Source: Podarcis erhardii
Lineage: Eukaryota
Direction: 5' to 3' (one strand)
DNA: 64,000 nucleotides
Assembly (NCBI GenBank): GCA_964252035.1
Contig: OZ176202.1
Shown: positions 13,348-25,270 of the stretch, piece after piece
How the letters are laid out: each line of letters starts with the position of its first letter
How positions within the stretch are numbered: the stretch's first letter is position 1
The notes under the pieces: generated by a model
What the model saw: the letters and a program-made list of their open reading frames with translations, nothing else
Told to the model about the DNA's origin: nothing
Database searches by the model: none
Position numbers and translations under genes: made by a program

Positions 13348-13613
13348 ATGACGTCTTGCATACGCTGACTGGAGCCATGTCCCTTCTGCGGCGATGTAGA
13401 GTGAACGCCGCACTAACCATACAGCTCTTTTCCCAGCTGTTCCACTTTATCAACATGTGGCTTTTTAACCGATTGGTTACTGATCCAGATTCAGGATTGT
13501 GTTCACATTACTGGGGAGCCATCATCCGGCAGCAGCTGGGGCACATTGAAGCTTGGGCAGAAAAACAGGGCTTGGAACTGGCTGCTGATTGTCATCTCAG
13601 TAGGATAGTACAA
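13348..13613 (+). CDS. AFDN: Afadin exon DDVLHTLTGAM...HLSRIVQ (DIL core)
   Basis: ttttAG acceptor, CAA|GTAGGT donor; 266 nt, phase 1 to 0. Confidence 0.97.
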
Positions 13614-13999
13614 GTAGGTATTTGGTAGTAATAGGAAAAATAAGTGCTTACCTTGCATGATCTTGGAAGATTTTCCTCTACTAATTTAACAATGGAAATT
13701 CAGACTTAGCCACCTGTATGAAGTCATATGAAACCAGTGTCTGCAAAGTAGGGTTGGCGTGTACAGTTGCTTAATTGCTTCAATGTGGTTTTCCTCAGAG
13801 AGGTCTGTTTTCTTTCCATACTGAGGAGAGCTGTTTTGTACCAACTGCCTTATTTTTTAAAACCTGTGCTAAGAGTTTCAAACACAAAATGTGTACTCAT
13901 TCAAGAGCAGGGTTCCACTCCCCAATTTGGTGTGTAGGGTCCACTGTCATGTTTCTTAATAAAATAAAGGTGATTCTACTGATTGTGCTTCTTTTTCAG

Positions 14000-14143
14000 G
14001 CAACTACTTTACTTACTATGGATAAGTATTCACGTGAAGACATTCCAAATATCAACAGTACCTGCTTTAAACTCAATTCTCTACAACTGCATGCCTTGCT
14101 ACAAAATTATCATTGTGCCCCAGATGAGCCATTTATTCCAACA
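14000..14143 (+). CDS. AFDN: Afadin exon ATTLLTMDKY...DEPFIPT (DIL)
   Basis: tttcAG acceptor, ACA|GTGAGT donor; 144 nt, phase 0/0. Confidence 0.97.
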
Positions 14144-15168
14144 GTGAGTTAATCTTGACATTCATTCATTCATTTATTTATTTATAAAATAATTTCCCTA
14201 TAAATTTTTATATAGTGAATGTTACGGGGTAGCGTATGAAAAAAATAATGCTAACTCTATGAAATGATAAAAAGTTTGAGACATCGGAACCCCATTTTAA
14301 AAATAGTGATAGTAATTCTTTGCTTGCGTAGCCTATTCTGTCTCACATAGAAAAGGAAGAAAATACAGGCACCCCCCGTTTTTCATGGGGGTTGTGTTCC
14401 AGGTCATTGCTCTGCCCCATGACACCCCCTTTTCCATCCATTTCCAGGTTGCCGCAGTGCTCCCATGCACAATCACATATCAATTGGATGCACATAAATC
14501 TGCTTCATTGTTTTGAGTATCAACAGATAGCTTAATGATGCATTTTCAGTGCTCTTGGACTTATTTGTGTTTCCAATTTTGGGACACATTGCAGTATTCT
14601 ATTTATGGAACTTTCTTATTTTTATTAGGAATACATCTGTGGAGTAGCTTGCTAGAAGTTCTTGAATTGTAGGTGGGAGGGTGGCGAGAGCAAAAGAACT
14701 ATTAGTGCTAAATAGTCAAACTGTAGGTTAAAAACCTAATGTCTCCCTTCATTATTTTTCCTGCTTTTCAAAATACAGATTTAATCAAATATGTAACATC
14801 CAGTATAAATCAATTTCTTCCTATTGCAAAAATGAATGCCTGCAATTCTTGTTTTGGTATCAGTATAATAATCCCCTTTGTATTACTCGTTGATCACTGA
14901 TGTTTAATATATTTCTAATAATTTGAAAAATTTCATTTAAAGGGCACCTGCGGGTGGGGTGGGATGAAACTAAAGTTAAAGTTCACAGCTACAGTTGAAC
15001 GAAAGCTTTTGCCTCTTGTATCTGCTTCAGACAACATCAACCTAAACATATCACATACATCTTTTGCATTTGCTAATTTGGTGTGGCTAAAGTATAAAAT
15101 TAAAACTTTATATTATTGGATTCTCATGTACAGCATTATTTACTCCTCCCCCCCCCCCGCTAAACTAG

Positions 15169-15367
15169 GAGTTAATAGAAAATGTTGTAGCAGTGGCAGA
15201 AAACACCGCAGATGAGCTGGCTCGAAGTGATGGTAGAGAAGTACAGTTAGAAGAGGACCCTGATCTACAGCTACCCTTTCTTCTGCCAGAAGATGGTTAC
15301 TCATGTGATGTTGTCAGAAACATCCCAAATGGGCTGCAAGAATTTTTAGATCCACTTTGCCAAAGAG
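15169..15367 (+). CDS. AFDN: Afadin exon ELIENVVAVAENTADELARSDG...LDPLCQR
   Basis: actAG acceptor, G|GTTAGT donor; 199 nt, phase 0 to 1. Confidence 0.96.
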
Positions 15368-15767
15368 GTTAGTCTTTTTAGTCTTGTACTGGGACAAAAA
15401 ATGCTTCCTCTGCTGTAGTTCAGCTAAGAAAAATTCATTTTGTCTTTAGATGTTTGGAAATCTCTTCTTGCCATTATTTTTTATGCAGGATTTCAGCAAC
15501 TTTTGTTGCCATGGAGATTTTATTTGGGCATCCCTTAAATCAAGAAAAGGAGTGTCTTCTTTCCAGATTTGTATTATCATGTGATGCACATTCTGTGTTG
15601 CCTCCTTCATCTTTTAAAAGCACTTGTCACATTTATGATCAACACTGTTTTTAGTAATGAACCATTTGTTTGCATGGTTGTTGTTTTTTTGTGGACTCTC
15701 AAATTACCTTTTTTTGTGGACTCTCAAATTACCTCTCAAATTGTCTCCCCCACCCTACCCCTTCTAG

Positions 15768-15871
15768 GTTTCTGCAGATTGACACCTCATCCACGTTCAC
15801 CAGGAACTTGGACAATATATTTTGAAGGTGCAGATTATGAAAGTCATCTATTGCAAGATAATGCTGACCTG
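15768..15871 (+). CDS. AFDN: Afadin exon (G)FCRLTPHPRSPGTWTIYFEGADYESHLLQDNADL; probable GC donor
   Basis: ttctAG acceptor; homology (human RENTEL|AQPLRK) places the end at CTG|GCAAGT; 104 nt, phase 1 to 0. Confidence 0.88.
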
Positions 15872-16171
15872 GCAAGTACTAGTCTTCTGGACATTATGGT
15901 AGAGGACATAAACTGTAGTCTAACCATATGCAATTTGTTATTTAGGGTGGTACTAGAGAGTTAAAATGCAGATGATTGAATTTACTATATTTTTCCTGCA
16001 GCATAGCATATTAGTGCTTTACTAAAGCTATTCAAAGTGTTTCATTTTGCAACGCAGAAGTAAGTTGAGAGTAGAATTACCTGTATCTGTATTAAAGTAC
16101 CTAGAAGGAATTCTTACTGCTGTGCTCAGTGTCATGGAATACAGAGTTTAATCTGTGCTTTGTTTCTGTAG

Positions 16172-16258
16172 GCTCATCCGTTAAGGAAGGAACCTGAGAT
16201 AATCACTGTGACACTAAAGAAACAAAATGGGATGGGTCTGAGCATTGTGGCTGCTAAG
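16172..16258 (+). CDS. AFDN: Afadin exon AHPLRKEPEIITVTLKKQNGMGLSIVAAK (PDZ beta-A/beta-B)
   Basis: ctgtAG acceptor, AAG|GTATGA donor; 87 nt; PDZ carboxylate loop GMGL. Confidence 0.97.
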
Positions 16259-16372
16259 GTATGAATATATAAATATACTAGAAAGCTCTGTCCTCCTGCC
16301 TGCTCCATTCACCCCCCCCAAGCAAGGCACATTACTTGCTGAATTGTCTGTCCTATCAATATGTTTTGTAGC

Positions 16373-16535
16373 CCATTTTTCACCTTCACCCCCATGCCCA
16401 TGCCTTCTCTCTGTAACCCTTCTTGCTCACAGACTACCCTCATCTTCCTTCACACGTTGCAACTACTAAGCACCCCTTTCACCTTCCACCCAATTTTGAA
16501 GTCGCTATTTCCTCCTGTTTTGCAGCTCCTTTTTG
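16373..16535 (+). repeat. Pyrimidine-rich ~170-bp repeat unit; inverted copies at 23550-23930
   Basis: Core ttgcaactactaagcaccc reverse-complemented at ~23722-23740 and (variant) ~23903-23917. Confidence 0.7.
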
Positions 16536-18091
16536 CCTCCCCCCCCCCCCCACTTCTGCAGATAAATGTTACTGTAGAATTTTGAAGACTGCCAGCTGGT
16601 TCAGTTAGGGATGGTTAAGTGATGGATGTTGTACATATATGGTGTTTGCTTGTTAATAAAATACTTGTACAGTACTAAATTACTGCATTGAATCTGTACA
16701 TACATGGTACCAGGAGTGAGTAATATTTGAGGGCTCCTTTATCTCATTCACGAGGTAGCTGAGGAATGAAAGAGGGAGACAACAATGGAGAGACGTAAGG
16801 GGGGAAAGTGGCGATTTAAAGCAAGCCTTGAGTACTGTAAGAAGGGAGTTGAGAAAGGCTTTGTTGTGTTAGTTTTTTCATGTTGACCTCTGTGTTGTAC
16901 CCATTTCCATTATTTCTCCTTGTTTTCTCCCCATTCCTCAGTGTTCCTCCCTTCAGATATCCCTCATTGTCTTAAACCATCCCTTTCCCCCCTCCCAGTG
17001 TCCCTCTCTTCTCGTTTTGATTTTGTCCATGATAGCCATAAAGTGAGTAACTGAATTGCATCTCATCCTATTGACTGAGGTGTGGGGAGTGAACAGGCAG
17101 CAGAGAGGCTCACCCTGACGACTTTTCATTCTAATGTGAATTATTGTGCCACCAGTTTCCAACCACCAGATGGTGCACTGTACCAGTATTGTAAAGCTGC
17201 CACATATTTAACAAATGTAAAGAGCTAGTTGGTAGGTGGCAGTGTTCTAAAACAGCATTTATATTTCAGGGAAGAAATTTTAAGATCTGTACTGTTGAAT
17301 TCAATAATGATCTTGCATCATTTAAGCCAGAAGCAAGTCATTCACTTTTGTGTTCTGCTATTAAGATACAAATGAACAGCTTGCTATGCCAGCACTGACC
17401 ACTGTCATAAGTGACATTGCCTAGTTTGAAAGAGTCTCTGGCAGGAATACAGGTGTAGCAGCCTTCCCTGCCCCCTTCTGCAGTCATAATTCATCTTGAA
17501 AAGAATTAAACCTATTCAAGCTAGGTGGTTGCAAGAGGGAAATGACAATTTTTAATGGGACTAATCTGCGACCTCAGTGGTGGTATTTTAAAGTCTCTTT
17601 AAATGTATAGCATTTTTTACTATTAAGGACATGGTGCTTCTTGTTTCCAAAGTATTGTATCTTTGCTTGGTTGCAGAAGGGAAGAAGGAACTGGCTCTTC
17701 TGAGTGGTTTATATGTATCGAGTGTAAAAGAATGAGAGTGATCTTCGTAGCTTTATTATTAATCGTATTTTAGAAGATGTGCAAATATCTGGCAATTTTT
17801 AATTGGTGACTACTTCAGACTATTCTTATGCACCTTTAGTGATATTTTTGCTGATTGATTCATTTTTACTTAGGACATGGTTAGTTGCCCCAGAGTATGA
17901 ATGTGGGCAGGGCTGTTTCTGGCAAGTGCAGGACACAGGGCAAGTTTGCATACTAGAAATCTCTAGAGGGGAGATTTTCAACTTTTTAAGGCCTCTGGAC
18001 AGATTTAGATTTTTGAGCAAGTGCTGTGGACATCACACCCTCTGGCCACTTCTTTTCTACCTTCCCTGAATCAGGAAATCACACAATCTAT

Positions 18092-18093
<2 letters not shown>

Positions 18094-18131
<38 letters not shown>
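18094..18131. repeat. (AG)19 microsatellite
   Basis: Direct reading; a shorter (AG)10 is at 1054-1073. Confidence 0.95.
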
Positions 18132-18135
<4 letters not shown>

Positions 18136-21003
18136 CAAGCACACACTTCACTTTTTCAATGAATCTCTGTAAATGTCATATTCAGTAGAAAAACACTTAG
18201 AGCAGAAAGAGGAAGTGAGAAAATACACCATTTTTCTAACTTTCTCCTTTGGCTCTGTATACTTTTCAAGGGAGAAAAAGAAAACCAACCTCATGGTGAA
18301 AGGGTTGCTGAATGGGAGGAAGGCCTCAGAGGCTTGGTGAGCCCTAGGGGAAGACCTCAAGGGCACCACTGTGTCCATGGTCACAATTCTGGCAACCTCC
18401 ACTCCAGCGTTCCCTCTGGATGGTCATGGTTGCTACCACTGCCACTCCCATGCCTCTTCCTCACCTCAGCTCCCAAATTGTTTTGCCATTTTAACACAGC
18501 ATCAGTGCTGGTGCACTTTCCTCCCCTTTATCTGAAGAAAGGGTTGCTTTCTCAGAAGCTAAGTAATCAGGGTAAGGTGGTCCAGGAAAGGGACTGTGTT
18601 GGTCATGTGTGTGGCCTCCCAAAGGATTGAGTTCCAGAGCAATTTGCTAGGGATGGTCCTGAATTCCTATGCATGTCCAAATTACATTCACAAATTATCC
18701 GCAATAGGGATGCGTTCTTAAGCCTGCTTCCACATAAAGGTTGCATTCTCTGGATCCAGGCAAGTTCTGGTCATCTCATCTGCAATGGAGAAAGCAAAAG
18801 CCCCAAATATAGACTTTTAAACTTGTATGAGTTTCAGCTTCACATTATTACTGATTTTCATTTTTTTGAGGTGATAAAATCTTATATTGTTGCTGTTAAC
18901 ATCTTATGGTGTTGTGAAATAGCCAGTTGTCTTATCAGTGGTAGTCTGGCCTCTTGACTAGAGTGCTGGCTTGACAGATCCCTGGAGCCATGACCCAGAA
19001 TTAGTTCTAGGAACAGCCCGAGGTAAATCAGTATAAATTAGTTTCTAGAGGAATTTAGTGATTCCCTAGGAACTTCAAATTATCTGATAGGCATGGTTCC
19101 AGAGGGCAAACAGAAACCATTCACCTATTGCCAAGAGATTGGGACTTCCAGTTCAAATCTTGTCTGTGTTTTCCAGGAGATGTAGTAATAATCCTTCTAG
19201 CTGTTAGCATGTAGTTAGGAACATGAGCTGTTCTCTGTGATAGTAGTAGTGAGCATAGCCACACTGGCTTGAAAAGGCAATAGCCACGTTTCCAGTACCG
19301 CATTAGGAACAGAATAAATTACCTACCATTGATGTAATGGTTTCCAGTAGTGGTCTTGCTGATGCTTCATTTCTGTTGCAAGACTTTTCTATAGCAGGAG
19401 TACTTTTTTGGTGGTAGTGGCTGGATTGCTCAGGGGGTCAGGGGGGCAGTAATACTAAGAGACTAAGGGCAGAATTTAGTGCTCTAAGCCTGAAAGATGT
19501 TTCGATGTTAAATGCTGCCTGACTTCCAACCACACTGTGGTTACATTTCATGAAATCCAGATGATTTGGAAGCAGTGTGTGCATGCAGTTTACTTTAAAA
19601 ATATATCACGGGGTGGGATGGGGAGTGAGGGGAGGGGTTAGCATACGACTTCTTCCCATCTGTGGGCCAGCACTTACTTCCTGTTTAATTTGGATTTTCT
19701 GTATCTTACTGAAAAGGCCGCCTTGATTTTTCTAGGCAGTGCCTATAGTTTAATAAAGCTCTTAATGATAAACTAAAGGCAGAGTAGCATAACTGATTGT
19801 GCAAAGAGTTGGAATATTGTATTGGTTGTAACTAGTGTTGATAAATGCTATGCTATATCAGTGTCCAGTTCGGAGCTGTCTTGCTGGGTGTTTTGGAAAA
19901 TCTGGCAGACTGATGTTTGGGCTGTAGTAGAAGGCTGAGAAAGGATTGAAGAGTTGTATTTCTGGAGTTAAAATGTGGTTTTCTGTCGTTGGAAGAACAG
20001 AATCCTCGGTAAGTCTGTTCAAAAAGTGCTTTTCTATAAACGTTTAAAGTTGTCAGTGACTACTTCATTTGGCACTACTTGTTGTTGCATGCAGCTAAGT
20101 GATGTTCTTTTTAAAAGTTAGCACATTTTTTTTTTTACCTTAAGCCAGTTCCTTTTCTGTGCTTTTTAATGACAAACATAGTGAGAGGTTTTAATCTACT
20201 GTAGTCTGTCAAGTGAACAATTGCCTCATTTACTATTGAAAGATTATGAATAATGTAAGATGTGCGCTTTTCCTTCTATCTATAATCCAGAAATATCTTT
20301 ATAAATCTTGTGATTTTTCTGTGTGAAGAATGTTAAAACATATTAAAATTGGCATTCTAAATACTAAATAAGAATAAAATTAACTGACTTCAATATATTT
20401 CTGTAGAGGTTCCTTTAGCTAATTTACATGTCATTTCAATTGCTCTAAGTATTGATATTGAACTACTTGATGGCATAATTGACCTAAACACAATCATGGT
20501 TGAAACAGACATTTTTCTCTCAGTGCCAGTCCCCACTCTTCACAAGGAAAAGTCAAAACATTTGCTATTAAGCAGTGTTTGGTTTTTATGCCTGTACTTT
20601 GATATTGGAAAGGAAAACTCAATAACTCTTTCAAGTAATGATGGAGAAAATATCTATTATCAATGACAATAGTAGAAAGAAAATCATTGCACTAGGAAAG
20701 TGCAATACAGTATTAAACCACTGATTTATGTAAAAATGGATTTTTCAACAAACAGTTTTCATCTAACCTTTAATGTATTGTTGATGTTCACAGTCCAACA
20801 GTTCTGCATACTTACAAGCAATCCTATGTATGTTTACTTAAAAGTAATATGTTGAAGTAATGATAGTAAAGTAAAGTAATGATAGCTGCATTTTGGATTG
20901 CAGCCTCAAGCACCTAATTCTTTTATGAATTGTAACTAATATAGCTACCGTTATTCTGGATTCCGAAGCTTATGTTAAGATGGGATAAAAAAAGAACGAA
21001 GCT

Positions 21004-21122
21004 TGAGTTGGAAGGGACCCTGAGGATCATTTAGTCCAACCCCCTGCAGGAATATGCAGCTGTCCCATATGGGGATCGAACCTGCAACCTTGGTGTTATC
21101 AGCACCATGCTCTCACCAACTT
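21004..21122 (-). mobile_element. Short tRNA-derived SINE with CR1-type 3' tail (Squam3-like)
   Basis: Minus strand: gttggtgagagcatggtgctgataac...ggttcgatcccc...ggactaaatgatcctcagggtcccttccaactc. Confidence 0.75.
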
Positions 21123-21785
21123 CAGCTTCCACTATTCAAATTTTCAAATAAGATTAGTGGCTGATATTGTCGCATCATACTGTTTAGCAGTTTCTTGAAG
21201 AAAAATGTATAGAATGAATGGGAAAAGCTTTATATCATTCTCACGTTCTGTTCTGCTATGTCTCAGAAACAAGCTTTTATGAGAGCCACTATAGCCCAAA
21301 TGGGGAAAGTAATTGGCCTGATTACAGTGTGAATTGAGTGCCTTTGATCCAGAGATCTATGAGCAGCGTTACACTCACAGAACACTCCCACTTGAATAAG
21401 GAGTATAGAAGAGAAGTGGTTTTCCCCGGTTGCCCTTTCCCTCACGGACTGTGAACATTTGTTCTGGAGGATCACAGTGAGACAGGGAATTTGCAAAAAA
21501 TCACAAACCACTTCCATGAGTGGGAGCCTCCACTGAATTGCAACTCATTTTCATGAATGGAAGGATTTGTAACATTTACAGGACATCAGGCTACTCTTCT
21601 CTGACACTTAAGAGATCACTCAGAGTTCTGTTTTCCACATGGAGATTTAAAAAATGGACAAAACTTACAAGTGCCCCTCTGACAGTTAGATGCACAGTCC
21701 CTTTCTACCTTCTATGTAGACAAAAGTTATGCAGCAAAGTGAGCATGCATATATAGCAGGGGAAGGTTCCTAGCTAGGGAAAGTC

Positions 21786-21937
21786 AATAGTCCAGTGGTT
21801 GTGCACATGCTTTGCATGCAAATAATCCCACATTCAATCCCCAGCATTTCCAGGTAGGGCTGTGGTGGAGTCTGCCTGAAGTTCCGCTGACAGTTGGGTG
21901 TCTACAGCATTGGGCTAAAGAGACCAGTGGTCTGACA
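21786..21937 (+). mobile_element. Old tRNA-derived SINE (further copies ~25696-25868 on -, ~50146-50272 on +)
   Basis: Shared ccaggtagggctgg...gctgctgccag...gctagatg...ggtctga body. Confidence 0.55.
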
Positions 21938-22134
21938 TACATATAGTACATATGGAACTATATGTATATGTATGCCTATACTTATACCACATGTATACAT
22001 GTATGTATGGAAGTAAATTTGTTACAGATGAGTTCTCTTGCTTTAGAATCTATTTTAATACTTACAAAGTGTAAAAAGTGTTCTAAGTGCTGTATAGATA
22101 TTAAAGATAAGATTGGTATATTGAGGGTTAGCAC

Positions 22135-22384
22135 TAATAATAATAATAATAAATTTATTATTTATACCCTTCCACTCTGGGTGGCTCCCAACCGAATGTT
22201 AAAAACACAATACAGCATTAAACATTAAAAACTTCCCTAAACAGGGCTGCCTTCAGATGTCTTTTAAAAGTAAGATAGTTGCTTATTTCCTTGACATCTG
22301 ATGGGAGGGCGTACCACAGGGTAGGTGCCACTACTGAGAAGGCCCTCTGCCTGGTTCCCTGTAACTTCACTTTTCGCAGTGAGG
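22135..22384 (-). mobile_element. L2-clade LINE 3' fragment, same family as 8437-9187
   Basis: Minus translation KLQGTRQRAFSVVAPTLWYALPSDVK...; (TAA)n tail. Confidence 0.88.
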
Positions 22385-23549
22385 TAACCTTCATAACATA
22401 TATTTTATTCAAATCACCTGATGTGGCTAAAGCTTGGCTGCCCTATCATCAACTCACATTGTGTCTTCTGGAAGAAGGGCAGCATTGGTGTCCTGTCATG
22501 ATTTTACAACTTCAAAGAATTAGGTTTCACCAAGAATGCTATGCAAGATGCAACTAGTTCAAATCAAGGCACTTTTTACCTCACCTTCCGCAACTTCTTC
22601 CTTCTGCTTCACGTTTCTTAACAAAGCCTTTGCTTCTGCCACACTTGTTGCGGTTTACGAAATCAAAGGCTCTTTTAAGGAATTTGAAGCAAAAGGAAGA
22701 AGCTGTGGAAAGTTGGCATTAATACTGGTTGCAAATGTTAGCACATACCATTCACAGAAGTATATTCTTGCATTTCAGCTTTAGAATAGCCATTGAACAA
22801 TACACATGCTATGCAACGCACATAAATTCAGCAGGGCTTCTGTTTAAGAAATTGCAAGCTAACAAAATAACCAGGGATATAGTGTGATGTAGCTGTTGAA
22901 GAGTCTGAATTAAGAGTTGTCAGTCCTTGTTCACCTCACAGTTCAACTATGAACTTGCATTGTCTTGCCCTGGACCACCTAATATCTTCCCCTCAGTTCC
23001 TCTGCCCACCAGCCAATCAGTAATATAAGTATTGTGATACTGGCTGCCCTTACAGAGATGGTCATAGAGGTCAGTGAGATGCTTATATCAAATAGTTTTA
23101 TATTTTAGTTATCAGTGGGTAAATTGTTAAGCGAAACTGCAATATCATCACACTCCTATATTTCTATTTGTATAATAAAACAAAATGTAAAGAATGACAT
23201 CACACAGCCCCTGTTGGAGGATTTGTAGTTTTGCGTCCCAATCCTGAATGTGCATTAATTCGGGATGGGATAGGGGAGCAAATATGAAGTGATGGTTTAA
23301 AGCAACAGAAGTTTGAGTAAAGCAAGGTAGGAGGGAGATGACAGGAAAATGGGGTATTTAATCAAGCAAACACTCATATGTGTGCAATATCAATCAACTG
23401 AACTTAACATTCTCCATCTGACAGGCTTAAGATTCTGTTCATCTTAAAGGTACAGTAACATACATCATCATGGAGGAGGGGGAAACGCAAAGGGGGCTGT
23501 TAACTAGGAGAATGCATGGAAATGGGGTGATCTATGTGCAAAGGAGAGT

Positions 23550-23930
23550 TGAGAAAAGGAGGAAGAGGGAGATAGGAAAAAGAAGATGAAGGTGAAAATG
23601 GGAATGCAGAGAGCTGCGAAAAGGGGAATAAGAGGTGTGGGAATGCAGGTGAAAGCATTTGCACGAAAGGTCTGTGGAATAGGAGGGGATGATGGCTTCA
23701 TAATGGGGTGGGAAGCGAAAAGGGTGCTTAGTAGTTGCAATGTGGGGGAAGAGGAAGATGCAGGTTAGCAGGATATGTTGCACTAATGGAGGGGGAAGAG
23801 GAGGATGCATGGATCTGGGAGTGAAGATGAAAATGGTTGCAAAGCAGAACTGCAGAACAGAAGAGAGTGGCTTCATAAGTGTGGTTGGGAAGGTGAAAAG
23901 CAAGCTTAGTAGTTGCATGGGGTGGGAAGG
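23550..23930 (-). repeat. About two tandem units of the same repeat, inverted relative to 16373-16535
   Basis: gggtgcttagtagttgcaa and gcttagtagttgca, ~180 bp apart. Confidence 0.7.
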
Positions 23931-24024
23931 GATTAATGTGGGGAGAATTGCAGGATTTGCAACTTGTCAGAAAAAGCAACCTTTATTGTGCATTTGGAAT
24001 AAGAATTGTTTTATCTCTTTCTAG

Positions 24025-24090
24025 GGCGCTGGTCAAGATAAACTTGGAATCTATGTCAAGTCTGTGGTCAAAGGTGGTGCTGCAGATGTG
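24025..24090 (+). CDS. AFDN: Afadin exon GAGQDKLGIYVKSVVKGGAADV (PDZ)
   Basis: ttctAG acceptor, GTG|GTTAGT donor; 66 nt, phase 0/0. Confidence 0.97.
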
Positions 24091-24223
24091 GTTAGTAGTA
24101 CCTTTAATTATTAAATTACTAAAATTTCAGTGATTAATTTTGAATAGTTATCAACTACATAGCTTAGTTTGGCTAATCTCCTACTGTATTAATGTACCTT
24201 TGTCTTATGAAACATTTAACCAG

Positions 24224-24297
24224 GATGGCCGACTGGCTGCAGGGGATCAGTTACTTAGTGTGGATGGACGCAGTTTGGTTGGACTATCCCAAGAGAG
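24224..24297 (+). CDS. AFDN: Afadin exon DGRLAAGDQLLSVDGRSLVGLSQE(R) (PDZ)
   Basis: accAG acceptor, AG|GTATGT donor; 74 nt, phase 0 to 2. Confidence 0.97.
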
Positions 24298-25151
24298 GTA
24301 TGTCATGCTTTTATGTGTTTGTAGAAGAGTGGTGTGGTTATAAATCACATAGGACTTTTCCTCTCATCTTTTACACCCCTTGATTTGATTGACATATATT
24401 CCATTCTCAACCTCCTCTGTCTTTAATCACTGGTCATGCCATAGATGTTGAGACACATTTGCTCACCCAAACTTGTGTAGTGTAGTGCTGTGACTTGCAA
24501 TGGCTCTGGATCTTTTGAATTGGAGGCATTTGGTGTTTCCTGAGAAAAGTGACTGCGCTTTTCATCTTTATGCTATCTGGTCTGCCAGACTGTTTCACAG
24601 ACTTGTAGCACTTCTATTAGAGCCATATGGGAAAAATTGAGCCCTTTTGCCGCAGTTGCAGAAGTGGGATTGCACAGATTGGCAACCCAGCCAGATGGTG
24701 GGGTATAAACAACAACAACACTGGTGTACCCTTTTCTGCTGCAGTACCACTGATAGTAGCTCAGAGTGCCTCATCAAAGAAAATTCTGATTCCCAAAGTC
24801 TGTGATTAAATCCTGTATTCGATTTAAAGCTTGCAGTCCTTGCAGTTTTAAAGACAGTCATTTGTGCCATTTCTACTTTAGAAAATAAACTGGCAATTTT
24901 TTGTGTGGTGTGTGGGGTTTTTTTTTACTTAGAGAAAGTTTGGATGAGTTGTTTAGCGTGCAAGACATTAAATGAAATTTAATTCTACTCATGGTTCATA
25001 AAGAGGCCCTTTTTCCAAATATTACTATTTTAAACAAATTAGTTTTATCTTTTATCTGGAAAACTGTGTACTTTCTCTTTGATCTTTAGTACTATCTTGC
25101 TATTGTCAATTATAGTATTTTTAAATTAGTTTTATTTAACTCTCACCTCAG

Positions 25152-25270
25152 GGCAGCAGAGCTGATGACAAGAACAGGATCAGTAGTGACGCTAGAAGTA
25201 GCAAAACAAGGAGCAATTTATCATGGTTTAGCAACTTTGCTTAACCAGCCGTCTCCAATGATGCAAAGAG
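25152..25270 (+). CDS. AFDN: Afadin exon AAELMTRTGSVVTLEVAKQG...SPMMQR (PDZ end)
   Basis: ctcAG acceptor, G|GTAAAC donor; 119 nt, phase 2 to 1. Confidence 0.97.
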
